DNA of 41,043 bases from a virus (Duplodnaviria > Caudoviricetes), in the IMG/VR virus record IMGVR_UViG_3300020042_009526, positions 1-41,043 of that record. One strand, written 5' to 3'. The translations under genes and the position numbers were made by a program. This document shows positions 7,203-16,938 of the stretch, in pieces. Every line of letters starts with the position of its first letter. Positions within the stretch are counted from its first letter, which is position 1. The notes beneath the pieces are model-generated. The model was not told the DNA's origin. It searched no databases and saw only the letters and a list, made by a program, of their open reading frames with translations.

Positions 7203-9226
7203 AATCAATACCGATTGAAGCGTTTCCACCGTCGTATTGGAGATTGATACAGGGAAACTTAGATGATACAAGTGCATTATCGGTAGTAAATGCATATAGA
7301 AACGTGCCGGTATTACATCGTGCCGTTGATATTCGCTCTAAAGCGATTTCATCATTGCCATATATTCTAATGAAAGGGGAAGAAGATATTACCAATTCCC
7401 CTCAAATTATTGATTTTATGCGCATCATGCGACCGCTCTTAGGCACAATTGAGATGCACCTATGTTTGTTTGGCGCAGCGTATTTGTATATTGAGCGCAA
7501 CCGATACGGTTTAAATGCTAAATTGCGACCAATGTTGCCAACATCAATTAAACCATTATTTGATGAGCAACAAGGATTAATAGGATTTAATCGTGCTGTT
7601 GGAAACAAAGTAATACGGTTAGATCCTAAGGATGTAATTTATGTATGGATGCCAAATGTTGAATATGAAGTTGGGCCAGGGCATTCGCCAGCACAAGTAG
7701 CAATACGTAGCGCAGCAACATTGTATTTTCTTGATACATTTCTTGAAAACTTTTGGCGACGTGGTGCAATCAAGGCAACACTACTTTCCGTTAATGGGCC
7801 AACGCAACCAGCTGAAATGGAAAAGCTGGAAAATTGGTGGAAGCGTTTTATGTCTGGTGTAAAAAACGCATTTAATACCGTAGCTATTCGTGCTGACATC
7901 AAACCAATCATCATTGGTGACACGCTTAAAGATACGGTTAATCCAGAGCTTACAGAACAAGCACGCACTGACACACTTACTGCGCTTGGCGTGCCACACT
8001 CGCTTGTACTTTCCAACGCTGCTAACTATGCAACAGCAAAAGTAGATACACTTGCATTCTACGAAAACACTATTGTGCCTGAAGCGCATATGATTTGTGA
8101 TGCATTGAATGAGCAATTACTTATGCGATCTGGCATCCGATTAGTGCCACGTCCAGACAAACTTGAAACGTATCAACGTGATGAGCTTGAAAAGGCACAA
8201 GGGTTGCTTACTCTTGTTGGTACGCCAATTCTTACCGTCAATGAAGCACGTGACATGATGGGGTATGGGCCAATTCAAGATGCACCAATGAACATTGATG
8301 ATAAGTTTGACACACCAGAGGAAGTGGTTAATGCTGTTGCACCGGCTACAGAGAATGCAACGTTACCGGTCAACACCGACACCACGACCGTACCGCAAAA
8401 ACTTAAATCACTGCCCAATCCTGATTTACAGAAGTGGAAATCAAAAGCAGTTAAGTCAATGCGGTCTGGCAAATCAGCTGACGTGTCATTTAATTCTGAT
8501 GTAATTCCATCAGCAGACGCATTTCACTTAAAACAGTTGCTATCAACAGTGGCAGATGTTGATTCATTGAGTCATGTGTTCAAGGCATTTAAAATTGATG
8601 CTGGCAGTGGTCTAACACAAGACGAACAAGAATTGTATGACATCCTAGTCAAAGCAATGAACAAAATTCGTCGTGATGCCATCAATGCTGGTATTGAATT
8701 GAATGTAAATCAATTTAGCCAACGTTTGGCACAGGAAGTTTCACTTGCGCTTAATTTATCGTTTACCAATATCTACCAATCGCTGATTAAAGAAACAATC
8801 AGCAAGATGGGTGTTGGTGTTGATCCGGTAGATATTGTGTTAGCAATCTCGCCTGAATGGAATAGCTATCTTTTGAAGCGCAAAGCGCAATTAGAAGATA
8901 CGACACGTCGTTATTTAATATCAATCATTAATGGCATTGATGCTGACAATTTATCTCCAGCACTTGACATTCCATTTGGCAATCGCAGAGCGGAAATAAT
9001 TGCCGTTACTGAATTAACCAATATGTATGCAATGTTTGCCGTGACAATGCAGAAGATTTTATTTAGTATTGGTATACAAACTAAATTAGTTTGGATAACT
9101 GCTGAAGATGAATTAGTTTGCCCAAAGTGCAATTCATACAACGGATTAGCACAAGGCAATGGTTGGAATGATGCGCCACCAATACATCCGTATTGCCGAT
9201 GTCGATTGGAGTTAGTCAAATCATGA
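7193..9226 (+). CDS. Portal protein with C-terminal Mu gpF/SPP1 gp7-like domain
   Basis: HK97-type portal features (ALGVPHSL, ANYA, LTVNEARDMMG); C-terminus RAEIIAVTE...WIT.EDELVCPKC...PPIHPYCRC. Confidence 0.88.
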   Translation: MGLKSIPIEAFPPSYWRLIQGNLDDTSALSVVNAYRNVPVLHRAVDIRSKAISSLPYILMKGEEDITNSPQIIDFMRIMRPLLGTIEMHLCLFGAAYLYIERNRYGLNAKLRPMLPTSIKPLFDEQQGLIGFNRAVGNKVIRLDPKDVIYVWMPNVEYEVGPGHSPAQVAIRSAATLYFLDTFLENFWRRGAIKATLLSVNGPTQPAEMEKLENWWKRFMSGVKNAFNTVAIRADIKPIIIGDTLKDTVNPELTEQARTDTLTALGVPHSLVLSNAANYATAKVDTLAFYENTIVPEAHMICDALNEQLLMRSGIRLVPRPDKLETYQRDELEKAQGLLTLVGTPILTVNEARDMMGYGPIQDAPMNIDDKFDTPEEVVNAVAPATENATLPVNTDTTTVPQKLKSLPNPDLQKWKSKAVKSMRSGKSADVSFNSDVIPSADAFHLKQLLSTVADVDSLSHVFKAFKIDAGSGLTQDEQELYDILVKAMNKIRRDAINAGIELNVNQFSQRLAQEVSLALNLSFTNIYQSLIKETISKMGVGVDPVDIVLAISPEWNSYLLKRKAQLEDTTRRYLISIINGIDADNLSPALDIPFGNRRAEIIAVTELTNMYAMFAVTMQKILFSIGIQTKLVWITAEDELVCPKCNSYNGLAQGNGWNDAPPIHPYCRCRLELVKS

Positions 9227-9693
9227 AAATGACAGTTAATATGAGTAAGAATCTTCAGCATATGTTGGATGCACATAATTCTGGAGAGGATTATGCAAGA
9301 AAATTTAAAAAATATATTCCTGTAGTTTTAGAGGAATTATCAGCTCGTGGAAAAACATGGGTAGAGAAATATCCACCGCCACCAGAGCCTAAAGGTAATG
9401 GATCACGATGGGTGCGAGGATTGGGATTGGTTTACTACAAAAAGGATGGGTCTATGAGTTTGTATGTACCATCTGAAAAGATGAATACAAAATGGCAAAT
9501 AGACAAAATTAGCAACATCAAATACTCACTAACGAATAGTGCATCATACAGTGGATTTGTGCAGGTGCATATATCTCAAATAGATGTACATCAAGGCACG
9601 GGATGGCTTACTGATAGGCTGATGATAGCGTATTTGAAAACAAATATAAAGAAGATGATACCTAACTTAATGCAGAAGATTCGGAGTATGTAA
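9223..9693 (+). CDS. Putative virion morphogenesis protein (HK97 gp10-like)
   Basis: ATGA-coupled to portal; LTNSASYSGFVQ-type motif; weak similarity only. Confidence 0.45.
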   Translation: MKMTVNMSKNLQHMLDAHNSGEDYARKFKKYIPVVLEELSARGKTWVEKYPPPPEPKGNGSRWVRGLGLVYYKKDGSMSLYVPSEKMNTKWQIDKISNIKYSLTNSASYSGFVQVHISQIDVHQGTGWLTDRLMIAYLKTNIKKMIPNLMQKIRSM

Positions 9694-10658
9694 TGACTGA
9701 AATTGTTATTCGTGATGGAATTGTCAGTTCATTAACGACGCAACCAACCATTGTGTGGGATGCCATTAGAAATGGAGATAATCCATATGGCACTTTTGAT
9801 AGCAATAGTTTTATAACATGGAATGATTATTCCACGTCAACCACGTTTAATCTTGTTTCGTATTTTGATGAAAATCATGATATGGAGCTTCCGCAATACT
9901 ACGAATGGAAAAATACGTTTTTTGATGTTACATCGCTTTCGTGGTCTTTGTATGGATTAAGCTATAATAGCTTTTTTAAATACAATGGTAGTAATATCCT
10001 TTTTAATACGAATGGTTATGGATTTGGAGCGGTGATTCAGTTACTGCCAAAAACAGATTCGATATTTAATAGTGGATCTAATATTTTTTCAATAATTTCA
10101 ACAACCGGTAATTCAAATGATTCACCATCTTGGATTCCAATTTCATTAGATTACGATTTGTCGCAAATATCTCCAACAACAATTCATCGGTTTCATTTTC
10201 GAGTCGGCAGGGAATATGCCACAATTACAATCAATGCTAGTAGTTTTGATATTACTAAACCACACGTATATTCAATACGTGGATTGCCAAGTGGTGATAT
10301 TATAGCTGTTTACTTATATATTGATAATAAATTGGTAGCGCAATTAACAGGGTTTGATTTCAGTGCTGCTCTAGGCTGGCAGACTTATAATACGGCAACG
10401 CCAAATTCATTTATTGTTGGAGGCAATGTTGGATTGGAATTACCATCGCCATACACAACTAAAAAAATGGGAGTGTATTCAATATTTTTCTACCAAGATT
10501 CGTATAATTATGCAGAGATTTTTGATTTATGCAAATACCGGTATAATGTACCTGATGTAACGTTTACGCCATCAGTAACTTACACTACATTTAATACACC
10601 ATATGTAAGTGTATTTGGTGCTACGTTTAATTTTAGTATATATATGTCGATTTTATAA
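9693..10658 (+). CDS. AT-rich beta-sandwich protein, possible receptor-binding or lectin-like virion protein
   Basis: Ser/Thr/Asn/aromatic-rich; HVYSIR...YLYIDNKLV resembles LamG/ConA folds. Confidence 0.45.
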   Translation: MTEIVIRDGIVSSLTTQPTIVWDAIRNGDNPYGTFDSNSFITWNDYSTSTTFNLVSYFDENHDMELPQYYEWKNTFFDVTSLSWSLYGLSYNSFFKYNGSNILFNTNGYGFGAVIQLLPKTDSIFNSGSNIFSIISTTGNSNDSPSWIPISLDYDLSQISPTTIHRFHFRVGREYATITINASSFDITKPHVYSIRGLPSGDIIAVYLYIDNKLVAQLTGFDFSAALGWQTYNTATPNSFIVGGNVGLELPSPYTTKKMGVYSIFFYQDSYNYAEIFDLCKYRYNVPDVTFTPSVTYTTFNTPYVSVFGATFNFSIYMSIL

Positions 10659-10667
10659 GGAGGTTGT

Positions 10668-11246
10668 ATGGCGACTTGGACAGCACCGGTTAATGTTATT
10701 ACCGGAGATAATTTATCTTCAGCACTTTGGAATAACCAATTAGGCACAAACGGATCATTGCGTTATTTGTATGACAATTTAATTGAAGCACAAGCAGACA
10801 TTTTAAGCAGAAATGTTGTACTGCGTCGTACTACAAGTCTTACATTGGCAGCTGCTGGTAATTCGGATATTGCATTTGATGCAATCACAAACAATTACAC
10901 CAACGAACAACTTAATTTTCCAATTACTCCACCGGTAACGGCAATTCCATTTCCACAAGCTGGTATATACATGGTTAGTTTCACAAGTCGATATACCGTT
11001 GCATCTAATATTACGGTAAGATTTATAGTTACCAATGGCACTACGGCAATTGCACAACAGCATCAGCAAGCATATATTGCAGCCGGCAATGTCACTGTAT
11101 CAACAATGGTTACAATTGAGTCTAGTAGTTGTACCATGACAGTTAACGTGTTATCTTCAGCTGCTGGTACGTTTACGGCAGCTGCTGCAACAGGTACGGT
11201 TGATGCCAATATGCAATTACGGATAGTAAAGATTACGGGTCAATAA
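10668..11246 (+). CDS. Putative fibre/minor virion protein with C1q/TNF-like C-terminus
   Basis: MATWTAPV...TGDNLSSALWN minor-tail-type N-terminus; IAFDA...AGIYMVSF; RBS AAGGAGG. Confidence 0.55.
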   Translation: MATWTAPVNVITGDNLSSALWNNQLGTNGSLRYLYDNLIEAQADILSRNVVLRRTTSLTLAAAGNSDIAFDAITNNYTNEQLNFPITPPVTAIPFPQAGIYMVSFTSRYTVASNITVRFIVTNGTTAIAQQHQQAYIAAGNVTVSTMVTIESSSCTMTVNVLSSAAGTFTAAAATGTVDANMQLRIVKITGQ

Positions 11247-11746
11247 TGAATGACGAAATAATTACTGCATACGAATCAGCAAAGATTGCATTAGACGGAT
11301 TAAAAGCCATTACCGTATCATCATACTCTCGCAACGGCAAACTTATATCTGGATATAATAAACGTGGCAACACTGCAAGTAATCAAGTGCGCAAACCAAG
11401 TGTGCGTGGTGAGTTACCTGTACCAGAGCAAGTCATGTTTCCAGCACTGTATAAACGTGCAAGAATTAAGGCACGTCAAAAGTATGCAGTGTGGCCAAGT
11501 GCGTATGCAAGTGCATATTTGGTATCTCAATACGAGAAAATGGTTAAAGCACGTGGTGCAAAACCATATCGTGTCACTAAATCACTTGAATTGTGTGCCA
11601 TGGGTGTGCTATCGTATATTCAAGAGGGTAAATCTATTGATGCAATAGACTACCTAAAAAATGTCAATGAGTGGTTTAACGAGGAATGGGTTAGTACAGA
11701 TAAAGGAATGTTGCCTAAATCTGTATTAGTTAAGATAGGTGATTAA
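11246..11746 (+). CDS. Conserved phage protein (DUF5872-like)
   Basis: LYKRAR...KYAVWPSAYASAYLVSQY and EWFNEEWV motifs. Confidence 0.6.
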   Translation: MNDEIITAYESAKIALDGLKAITVSSYSRNGKLISGYNKRGNTASNQVRKPSVRGELPVPEQVMFPALYKRARIKARQKYAVWPSAYASAYLVSQYEKMVKARGAKPYRVTKSLELCAMGVLSYIQEGKSIDAIDYLKNVNEWFNEEWVSTDKGMLPKSVLVKIGD

Positions 11747-12627
11747 TGCCATATACTGAAAAACAAATAATTACTGCTGACTCACTCAACATGATTGTCA
11801 CGCGATTTGGATTATTTGACCAAGATGATGATGCAAATGGTTGCGATTATCGCAGTGAAAGCGATAATAAAAATCATGCTGGCAAGTGTTGCATGGAATG
11901 CATTTTTCAACGTGGTTCTGGATGTGCAATCGTCAGTGGCACTATTGAGCCAATGGGTGTTTGCCGTTTTTGGATTATTAGTGAAGATCGGTTAACAGAA
12001 AGCGAGTACGCAGATGGCAGCGAAGAAGAAGATGGCAATGGGCAAAGCACCGATGGGCAAAGCACCGATGGGCAAGTCGCCGATGGGCAAAGCACCAATG
12101 GGGTATATGAAACCAGCAAAAGCATCCCCTACCAAGAAGAAATAAAATCCATTAGCGATGATGGTGAAGTTTATCGTGGGTTAGGGGTTGTCTGGGGTGG
12201 TAAAGACTTGGTAGGTGATACATTTACCAAGTCTACCGAAGTTGGCAGTGAAAGACCATTCAAAGGAATGCCATTGTATTTTGACCATGCTCAAGGTGAA
12301 ATCAAAGATGCAATTGGCACGGTATTGGATGCAAATTCTGATGATAGTGGTATGTGGTTTGATTTCCAATTAAACAAACGCCACAAGTATGCGTCAAAGA
12401 TTAAGGAATTAATCAAAACAGGTGCGCTTGGTTTGTCTACCGGCGCAATCTCTCACTTGGTGACTAGAGATAGTGGTGAGCTAAAATGCTGGGTAATTGG
12501 TGAGCTTTCGCTTACGCCTACACCAGCAGAGCCACGCACGCTCATTCATAATACGCCAAAGGTAAATGCAGAGGCATCTGATGATGCGCAGTTACGGCGA
12601 CCAACCGTCATTATTTATAAGAGGTAG
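11746..12627 (+). CDS. HK97-type prohead protease with N-terminal Cys-rich (HiPIP-like) domain
   Basis: DLVGDTF, LYFDH, GLSTG and ELSLTPTPAEPR protease motifs; N-terminal CxxC-x7-C-x12-CxxW. Confidence 0.85.
   Translation: MPYTEKQIITADSLNMIVTRFGLFDQDDDANGCDYRSESDNKNHAGKCCMECIFQRGSGCAIVSGTIEPMGVCRFWIISEDRLTESEYADGSEEEDGNGQSTDGQSTDGQVADGQSTNGVYETSKSIPYQEEIKSISDDGEVYRGLGVVWGGKDLVGDTFTKSTEVGSERPFKGMPLYFDHAQGEIKDAIGTVLDANSDDSGMWFDFQLNKRHKYASKIKELIKTGALGLSTGAISHLVTRDSGELKCWVIGELSLTPTPAEPRTLIHNTPKVNAEASDDAQLRRPTVIIYKR
12038..12102 (+). repeat. 15-bp tandem repeat x4.3 encoding (D/N)GQST in the protease linker
   Basis: ATGGGCAAAGCACCG units at 12038, 12053, 12068 (variant) and 12083. Confidence 0.9.
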
Positions 12628-12632
12628 TTACA

Positions 12633-13775
12633 ATGTCGAATCCTGAAAACATTGTTGTAGATTATGCGCAATTGGCAAACGCCATTATGCCGTCATTGAA
12701 AAATGACATTCTCCAACAGATTCTCAACGATCCTATTACCGCACGTGCTGGAGTCATTTCGCCTGATGGTGGCACTGCGGATAAGAGTGTCAAAAACTTT
12801 CCTGACTTTTTGGCTGCCGTCATGCGCAATGACTCAAAGCGATTGTCGGAAGTGTATGCGACCAAAGCGCAAGTAGAATCAAACGGCACGCTTGGTGGTT
12901 ATCTTGTGCCACCTGAATTCGCTAACATGATTGATGGCTATGCCATTGAGGAAGCTATCATTCGTGGTGGTGCAACCGTTATCCGCACCAGCAATCCCGA
13001 ATACAAAGCACCACGGTACGACCAGACTGTTGCACCTGATGGATCGTCAGCATTCTTGGCTGGTGTAAAATTGTTTTGGACGGCAGAAGCTGGTAACATC
13101 ACTCAAACGCAAATGAAGTTTGAAATGATTGACTTGAAAGTAAACAAGCTTGGTGCGTATGTGCAAGTGACTTCAGAATTGTTGTCAGATGCACCTGCAT
13201 TAAGTTCAATGCTTTCTCGCCAATTTGGTCAAGCCAAAGCATGGTTTGAGGATTACAATTTCATCAATGGTAATGGTGTAGGTAAGCCATTGGGGATTTT
13301 GAATGCACCTGCCACCTATTCGGTGACTCGCCAAACGGCAAGTGATTTCACGTTGCTTGATGCCAAGAACATGATTGCACGTTTGCCCGCAGCTGCCATG
13401 GGTCGTGCGGTATTTATCATGCATCAATCGGTAATGCCTAAATTGTATAGCATGGCTGAAACCGGCAATTTTGTCACTTTCTTGCGTGACTTACAAGGTC
13501 GACCATCAACGCAATTGCTTGGTCACACTGTATTGTTTACGGAAAAAGTGCCGGTGCTTGGCACTGCTGGTGATGTGTTGTTGGTTGATCGTAGTGCATA
13601 CTACTTGCTTGATCGCCAAGATACCACTATCAGCACGAGTGATGCACCTGCATTCTTGACCGACATGATGACTTTGCGCATGACGGCACGCCTTGATGGG
13701 CAACCAGCATTGAAAGACAAAATCTTGCTTGCTGATGGTGCATATCAAGTTTCGCCGTTTATTAAGTTGAGCTAG
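12633..13775 (+). CDS. Major capsid protein (HK97 fold)
   Basis: GGYLVPPEF, WTAEAG, ELLSD, INGNGVGKPLGILN and RLDGQP motifs. Confidence 0.95.
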   Translation: MSNPENIVVDYAQLANAIMPSLKNDILQQILNDPITARAGVISPDGGTADKSVKNFPDFLAAVMRNDSKRLSEVYATKAQVESNGTLGGYLVPPEFANMIDGYAIEEAIIRGGATVIRTSNPEYKAPRYDQTVAPDGSSAFLAGVKLFWTAEAGNITQTQMKFEMIDLKVNKLGAYVQVTSELLSDAPALSSMLSRQFGQAKAWFEDYNFINGNGVGKPLGILNAPATYSVTRQTASDFTLLDAKNMIARLPAAAMGRAVFIMHQSVMPKLYSMAETGNFVTFLRDLQGRPSTQLLGHTVLFTEKVPVLGTAGDVLLVDRSAYYLLDRQDTTISTSDAPAFLTDMMTLRMTARLDGQPALKDKILLADGAYQVSPFIKLS

Positions 13776-13784
13776 GAGAAACCA

Positions 13785-14225
13785 ATGCAGTATACTGAAC
13801 AGTTAAGCCAAGCGTTGTCATTAATCGCAACAATTCATCCGGCATCATACAGTGCCAAAACGTCAAGCGATGGCGTTGATATGCGGTTATTTCGGCGAGT
13901 AATTTTTGTTATCAATAACGGTGTTATTGGCGCAAACACGGTTGCAGCTGCTGTTACCGGTTCTACCGACAATAGCACATTTGCCACGACCATTACCGGC
14001 AAGTCATTAACAGCTGGTGCATTTAGTGGTACTATTGATAACAATAAGGAAGCGATTATCGAAGTCACTGCCGAGGAATGTGAAACTGCTGGTGTGCGTT
14101 ATATTCGTTTAGATCTCACGCCAAGTGGTGCTGCTCTTTTGTCAGCAGTTGCACTTGCCGGTGTGGCACGATATGAGCCAGCAAGTGACTATAACTTAGC
14201 ATCGGTAAATGAAATCGTAGCGTAA
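13785..14225 (+). CDS. Putative head decoration/structural protein
   Basis: Follows the MCP; RBS AGGAG; small Ala/Thr-rich beta protein with RYIRL. Confidence 0.55.
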   Translation: MQYTEQLSQALSLIATIHPASYSAKTSSDGVDMRLFRRVIFVINNGVIGANTVAAAVTGSTDNSTFATTITGKSLTAGAFSGTIDNNKEAIIEVTAEECETAGVRYIRLDLTPSGAALLSAVALAGVARYEPASDYNLASVNEIVA

Positions 14226-14244
14226 TTAAGACAAGGAATTGCTT

Positions 14245-14904
14245 ATGAAGTTGTTCATGTTTATGCCAAGAATGCGTACCATTGGACGTGTGCATACTGC
14301 ACTATGGCAAGCCAGACTTGCATGGGCACAACCACATATGTATATTGAGTATATGCATGAACAACCTTATAAAGATGGGTATGATAATGTCACTCATCAA
14401 TATAAGTTAGCACGTGAGCAATTCCTCGCTTCTGATTGTGATGCGTTTTTGTCTATTGAGGATGACATTATTATTCCACAAGATGGCATTATTATGCTTG
14501 CAAGAGCAAATATGGATGTGGCTTTTGGAATATATTGTTTGCGTCAAAAGCCAAATCTGCGTTGGAATGCATTTGTTACCGTCAGTAAAGATGAGGGATT
14601 GTCTATTACCGAACACTCATACCTTGAAACAGTGCAATATTGTAACAACAATTCCATTATTGAGATGAAAGGTGTTGGTTTAGGTTTTACGATGATTAAG
14701 CGTCATGTATTGGAAAAGATTCCATTTCGTCGAGATGGTGTTGCGTGTAACGATTGGTTCTTTTCGCTAGATTGTCAAACACACGGGATCAAACAACACG
14801 CACATTTTGGTGTACGATGTGGACACGTACATCAAGTGTCAACACGGAAGATTTTATGGCCAGATCAACACGCTGATAATTTTCATCGGGAAGAATTGAT
14901 TTAA
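14245..14904 (+). CDS. Glycosyltransferase (GT-A fold, GT2-like)
   Basis: FLSIEDDII DxD-like motif, GVGLGFTMIKRHVLEKI, DWFF and CGH. Confidence 0.75.
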   Translation: MKLFMFMPRMRTIGRVHTALWQARLAWAQPHMYIEYMHEQPYKDGYDNVTHQYKLAREQFLASDCDAFLSIEDDIIIPQDGIIMLARANMDVAFGIYCLRQKPNLRWNAFVTVSKDEGLSITEHSYLETVQYCNNNSIIEMKGVGLGFTMIKRHVLEKIPFRRDGVACNDWFFSLDCQTHGIKQHAHFGVRCGHVHQVSTRKILWPDQHADNFHREELI

Positions 14905-15551
14905 TGGCATACACGACATTAGCAAAAGTAAAAGGGTATTTGAAAATACCATCGGGCGAAACATCTGATGATGCTTTGCTTACTGATTTTGTTGCACAAG
15001 CGCAATCAGTAATTGAGAGTATGACGGAGCGCAAGTTTGAAGCGTCAAGTGATACTACTCGAAAATTCGATGCGGTACGGTATCAAGATTATGTAGATAT
15101 AACGCAGGTTGCATATAATCGTTATTACGATTACTACGATCAACGAGTGTTATGGTTTAACCGATATGATTGTTGTCAAATAACAACGGTCACTAATGGT
15201 GACAATACGGTTGTTGATAGTAGTAAGTATGTAACACTGCCGATTAATGCAGTTGCTAATGGTGATCCGTTTTTTGCAATCCGATTGAAGATGAATTCAA
15301 GTGTGGTATGGACATGGGATGATTCGCCTGATGCGGCGATTTCTGTTACAGGACGTTGGGCATATTCAATTACCGCACCAACGGATATTGCATATGCCAC
15401 AATGGTGTTGGCAGCGGAAATGTATCGGAAAAAAGACAATTCCATTGATGCTAATCGTACAATTGTGACACGTGATGGGATTATTTCTAAGGTGTCATTT
15501 CCTGAAGATGTTATGGCTATTATTAATGAATATCGGAGATTAGTAATATGA
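14904..15551 (+). CDS. Head-tail connector (gp6-like adaptor)
   Basis: YTTLAKVKGYL...DDALL...IE and PTDIAYATMVLAAEMY. Confidence 0.8.
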   Translation: MAYTTLAKVKGYLKIPSGETSDDALLTDFVAQAQSVIESMTERKFEASSDTTRKFDAVRYQDYVDITQVAYNRYYDYYDQRVLWFNRYDCCQITTVTNGDNTVVDSSKYVTLPINAVANGDPFFAIRLKMNSSVVWTWDDSPDAAISVTGRWAYSITAPTDIAYATMVLAAEMYRKKDNSIDANRTIVTRDGIISKVSFPEDVMAIINEYRRLVI

Positions 15552-15985
15552 GTAGCATTGACACCATCGTAGCACAAATTGCCGGTTTATCTATCAATGG
15601 ATATGTTGGACATTATTCTACAACCTTGCGTGATAGCGCAGAATCAGCAGTGTTGCCGTATCGGTTTATTAGCCATCGTGGATCTGGTATATCAGTTGGC
15701 GAATTCACACGCACGACATTCTCTGGTTATGGGTATAACGCACAATGGTTAATCCGTGATATTTGCTTGTTGCGAGCTATTAATGCAGGCATTGGTTTAT
15801 CCGATGTTTCGTTTGATGTATATTCGTATCTTGGGGAATTTGTTTCTCAAGCACGAAATATTGCAACCGACAAATATTCAATTGAGATGGTGGATGGTGA
15901 ATGTAGCGTACTAGAATGGCCAGATAAATCTGGCAAGTTTTACGATGCAATCATTGTTACTTTAGTGGTCAAAGAAACCAATTAG
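15548..15985 (+). CDS. Putative tail terminator/completion protein
   Basis: Size and position between connector and tail tube. Confidence 0.5.
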   Translation: MSSIDTIVAQIAGLSINGYVGHYSTTLRDSAESAVLPYRFISHRGSGISVGEFTRTTFSGYGYNAQWLIRDICLLRAINAGIGLSDVSFDVYSYLGEFVSQARNIATDKYSIEMVDGECSVLEWPDKSGKFYDAIIVTLVVKETN

Positions 15986-15994
15986 GAGGTTGTC

Positions 15995-16501
15995 ATGGCA
16001 CAAACTAGTGGTGCAATCAGTGGTGTAATCGCACGTGTTGAGATTTGCTTTGATTTGAGCAGTTCGGCAAATTGGAAAGACATTTCTGGTGCGATGCAAT
16101 CAGTGCAAAGCACGGATCAGACTCGCAATACCGGTGAGGGATATACGTTGGATGGCGACACGGCAATCGTGACTGCTGGCAAACGCCAACCAATTGAGCT
16201 TGAATTCAATTTGGTTTATTCCGAATCGTCAACCGAGGCATTTGAAGTTGCACGCTCTGGTTTTGAAGCGACTGCAAATGGAAGCGTTGTCTATGTAAGA
16301 TGGATTCCGGCTGGTGGTAGTGCTGGTGCTAACTTCTTGTTTCGCACGCCGGTTACCGGATCGCCAGCAGTAATGTCTGGATTTAGGTATCCACCTGTTG
16401 ATGCGAGTGCAGCTGGGCCTGTTATGGGTAGTTTTAAGGTTAAAACGCCTAGTGTGCAAAAGACTAGTGCGAATAACACTGCCGGAGGGAGTGGCACGTA
16501 A
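15995..16501 (+). CDS. Major tail (tube) protein
   Basis: RBS AGGAGG; MAQTSGA start, WKDISG, YVRWIPAG; precedes chaperone and TMP. Confidence 0.75.
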   Translation: MAQTSGAISGVIARVEICFDLSSSANWKDISGAMQSVQSTDQTRNTGEGYTLDGDTAIVTAGKRQPIELEFNLVYSESSTEAFEVARSGFEATANGSVVYVRWIPAGGSAGANFLFRTPVTGSPAVMSGFRYPPVDASAAGPVMGSFKVKTPSVQKTSANNTAGGSGT

Positions 16502-16755
16502 TGTCAAATCAACAATATCTGTATAAGTTGAAAAAGGAAAAGCTGAAACTTCCAGACATGAAAACTGTTTGGCGCATCAGAAAAGGGGAAGCAAATGATG
16601 CAGAGATTATTGATTGGCTTGATCAAGTAATTGAGGGTGGCGTTGCGCACATTCCATTGGAAGATTTTCCAAAGGTGTGGGAGCAAGTTATCGTACAATT
16701 CTATGATTTGGATAATCCCAAAGACCAAGAGGGAAAAGCCTCGAAATCCGCTTGA
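16501..16755 (+). CDS. Tail assembly chaperone (gpG-like)
   Basis: Between tail tube and TMP; slippery G GGA AAA near its 3' end. Confidence 0.75.
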   Translation: MSNQQYLYKLKKEKLKLPDMKTVWRIRKGEANDAEIIDWLDQVIEGGVAHIPLEDFPKVWEQVIVQFYDLDNPKDQEGKASKSA

Positions 16756-16928
16756 TGGCGCACCTTCATGTCGGTGGTGAGGCGATGCCATATGAATTAT
16801 TAATCTTACGACTCTGCCGTGAATTCCATGTATTACCTAGTGCGCTAGAGGCAGAGCCGTTAGAGAATATACTTCCCTTGTTGACGTGTATGGCAGTTGA
16901 GTCCAAGGTTAATTCTTTTCGTTATTAA
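16731..16928 (+). CDS. -1 frameshift extension of the tail chaperone (gpGT-like C-terminal part)
   Basis: GGGAAAA at 16731-16737; the -1 frame reads SLEIRLMAHLHVGGEAMPYELLILRLCREFHVLPSALE...RY to TAA 16926-16928, just before the TMP RBS. Confidence 0.8.
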   Translation, partial: GKSLEIRLMAHLHVGGEAMPYELLILRLCREFHVLPSALEAEPLENILPLLTCMAVESKVNSFRY

Positions 16929-16938
16929 GGTAGGGGAT

